From a virus: 64,000 nt of DNA. The stretch covers positions 165,775 to 229,774 of the IMG/VR virus record IMGVR_UViG_3300045988_138996; one strand, given 5' to 3'. The notes below the pieces were generated by a model. It was given only the letters and a program-made list of their open reading frames with translations, did no database searches and was not told the origin of the DNA. A program made the translations under genes and the position numbers. Of the stretch, positions 63,089 to 64,000 are shown one piece after another; within the stretch, counting starts at the first letter, position 1; each line of letters opens with the position of its first letter.

Positions 63089-63499
63089 ATGCCTATTCTA
63101 TGGAAAACTACGAGATCTAATAAGACGGCATCGTATAAAGGATATGTACCGATACCGTCGACTATCGACGAACCATCATTTGCTGAAAAATGGAAACGAT
63201 GGCGTACTGGAGATCCTGCTAAATTTTTAACATATAAAGATTTACAAGAATTAGTTTTATATTCTTACAATAAGAATCTTAGCGTAACGACGACAGAATT
63301 AGAATTAGTTTTCCATGATAAACATATTTACGATAAAGAAACGGCTATTAAATATATTAATGAACATATGAATGAGTTCGGCTATATCGATGAATATAGT
63401 GGACGAGTTATTAATCCTAGTCAAGGAGGTAGCAATACAGGAGCTAATAATAATAGCAACGGTAGTTGCAGTTGCTGTTGTTGCTGTAAAAAACCATAA
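63089..63499 (+). CDS. Hypothetical protein with a poly-Cys C-terminal tail
   Basis: gaggag SD. Ends NGSCSCCCCCKKP. Confidence 0.6.
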   Translation: MPILWKTTRSNKTASYKGYVPIPSTIDEPSFAEKWKRWRTGDPAKFLTYKDLQELVLYSYNKNLSVTTTELELVFHDKHIYDKETAIKYINEHMNEFGYIDEYSGRVINPSQGGSNTGANNNSNGSCSCCCCCKKP

Positions 63500-63870
63500 T
63501 GGACATACATAAAATATATACCGATATTTTAACTAGTTATAATATTTTGACTGTATTTAAAGGCGATGTTAATAAAGAAGACTTAAAAATCATTATTAGT
63601 TTATTTTTATTAAGCTATACAAATTTAAGTATTATTAATCGAGATCGTAGTCTTAAAAAAGACGAAAAAGTCGAGAATTTCTTTAACGCTATCGATAAGA
63701 TTATCGATAAACGATTTGTTAAAGATGTCTTAGACAAAGAAACATTAGAATCTATTGTATTAGATTTTAATAAACGTATTAAATATATGAAAGAACATGG
63801 ACTCGATATCGAAGTCTATGAAGAAATGAAGACGCCTGGCGTCGATTCGATTAAATATATTATCGAATAA
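63499..63870 (+). CDS. Hypothetical protein
   Basis: TAATG overlap. Confidence 0.6.
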   Translation: MDIHKIYTDILTSYNILTVFKGDVNKEDLKIIISLFLLSYTNLSIINRDRSLKKDEKVENFFNAIDKIIDKRFVKDVLDKETLESIVLDFNKRIKYMKEHGLDIEVYEEMKTPGVDSIKYIIE

Positions 63871-63872
63871 TT

Positions 63873-63912
63873 TGAGCTCCCCACGATAAATTTATCGTCG
63901 CGGGGGCTTTTT
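63873..63912 (+). terminator. Rho-independent terminator
   Basis: gctcccc..cgat / atcg..cgggggc interrupted stem, then T6. Confidence 0.6.
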
Positions 63913-63928
63913 TAGTTAGGGGGTCTAA

Positions 63929-64000
63929 ATGCGAAATATAGATTTGATTCGCAATTATAATAAAATTCAAGATATTGTTGCTATTTTTAATAGCATTAAA
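63929..64000 (+). CDS. 5' end of an ORF running off the window
   Basis: aggggg SD. ATG 63929, open to the window end. Confidence 0.45.
   Translation, partial: MRNIDLIRNYNKIQDIVAIFNSIK

Overview
The window is a single stretch of a large, AT-rich tailed-phage or prophage genome. Every credible gene lies on the + strand, with Gram-positive-style AAGGAG/GGAGG ribosome-binding sites and frequent ATGA/TAATG start-stop coupling. In order: (1) the 3' part of a DnaE-type replicative polymerase (1-2858). (2) A ~21 kb fibre, tailspike and lysis module (2941-23998) with several paralog sets, a 1413-aa Ala/Lys-rich fibre, a holin-like protein and an amidase. (3) Seven tandem small paralogs (24068-26607). 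(4) A visibly G+C-richer ~9 kb island (about 26.6-35.7 kb) with strong GGAGG sites and GC-rich structured spacers; it appears to encode a split two-gene YonO/cellular-RdRP-type double-psi-barrel RNA polymerase. (5) A 4.1 kb ORF-free region of hairpins and repeats (35409-39553), with three candidate small transcription units and an iteron plus AT-rich candidate origin. (6) About 20 kb holding more than 70 small genes, including at least 15 paralogs that end in a Tyr-rich C-terminal helix. (7) Two YopX-like genes and a cluster of membrane and secreted proteins. (8) An IStron at about 59.16-61.06 kb: a group I intron with clear P/Q/R/S core elements fused to a TnpB gene that has the RuvC D-E-D residues but no zinc finger, apparently inserted in a small gene. 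A covarying hairpin with a TCC loop followed by C-GAAAT(C/T) occurs eight times, six of them 52-63 nt upstream of an operon-first start codon, and is the best candidate for a phage-specific promoter or leader signal. I saw no rRNA, tRNA, CRISPR array, integrase or reverse transcriptase. All functional calls rest on motif recognition by eye; no database search or computation was run.
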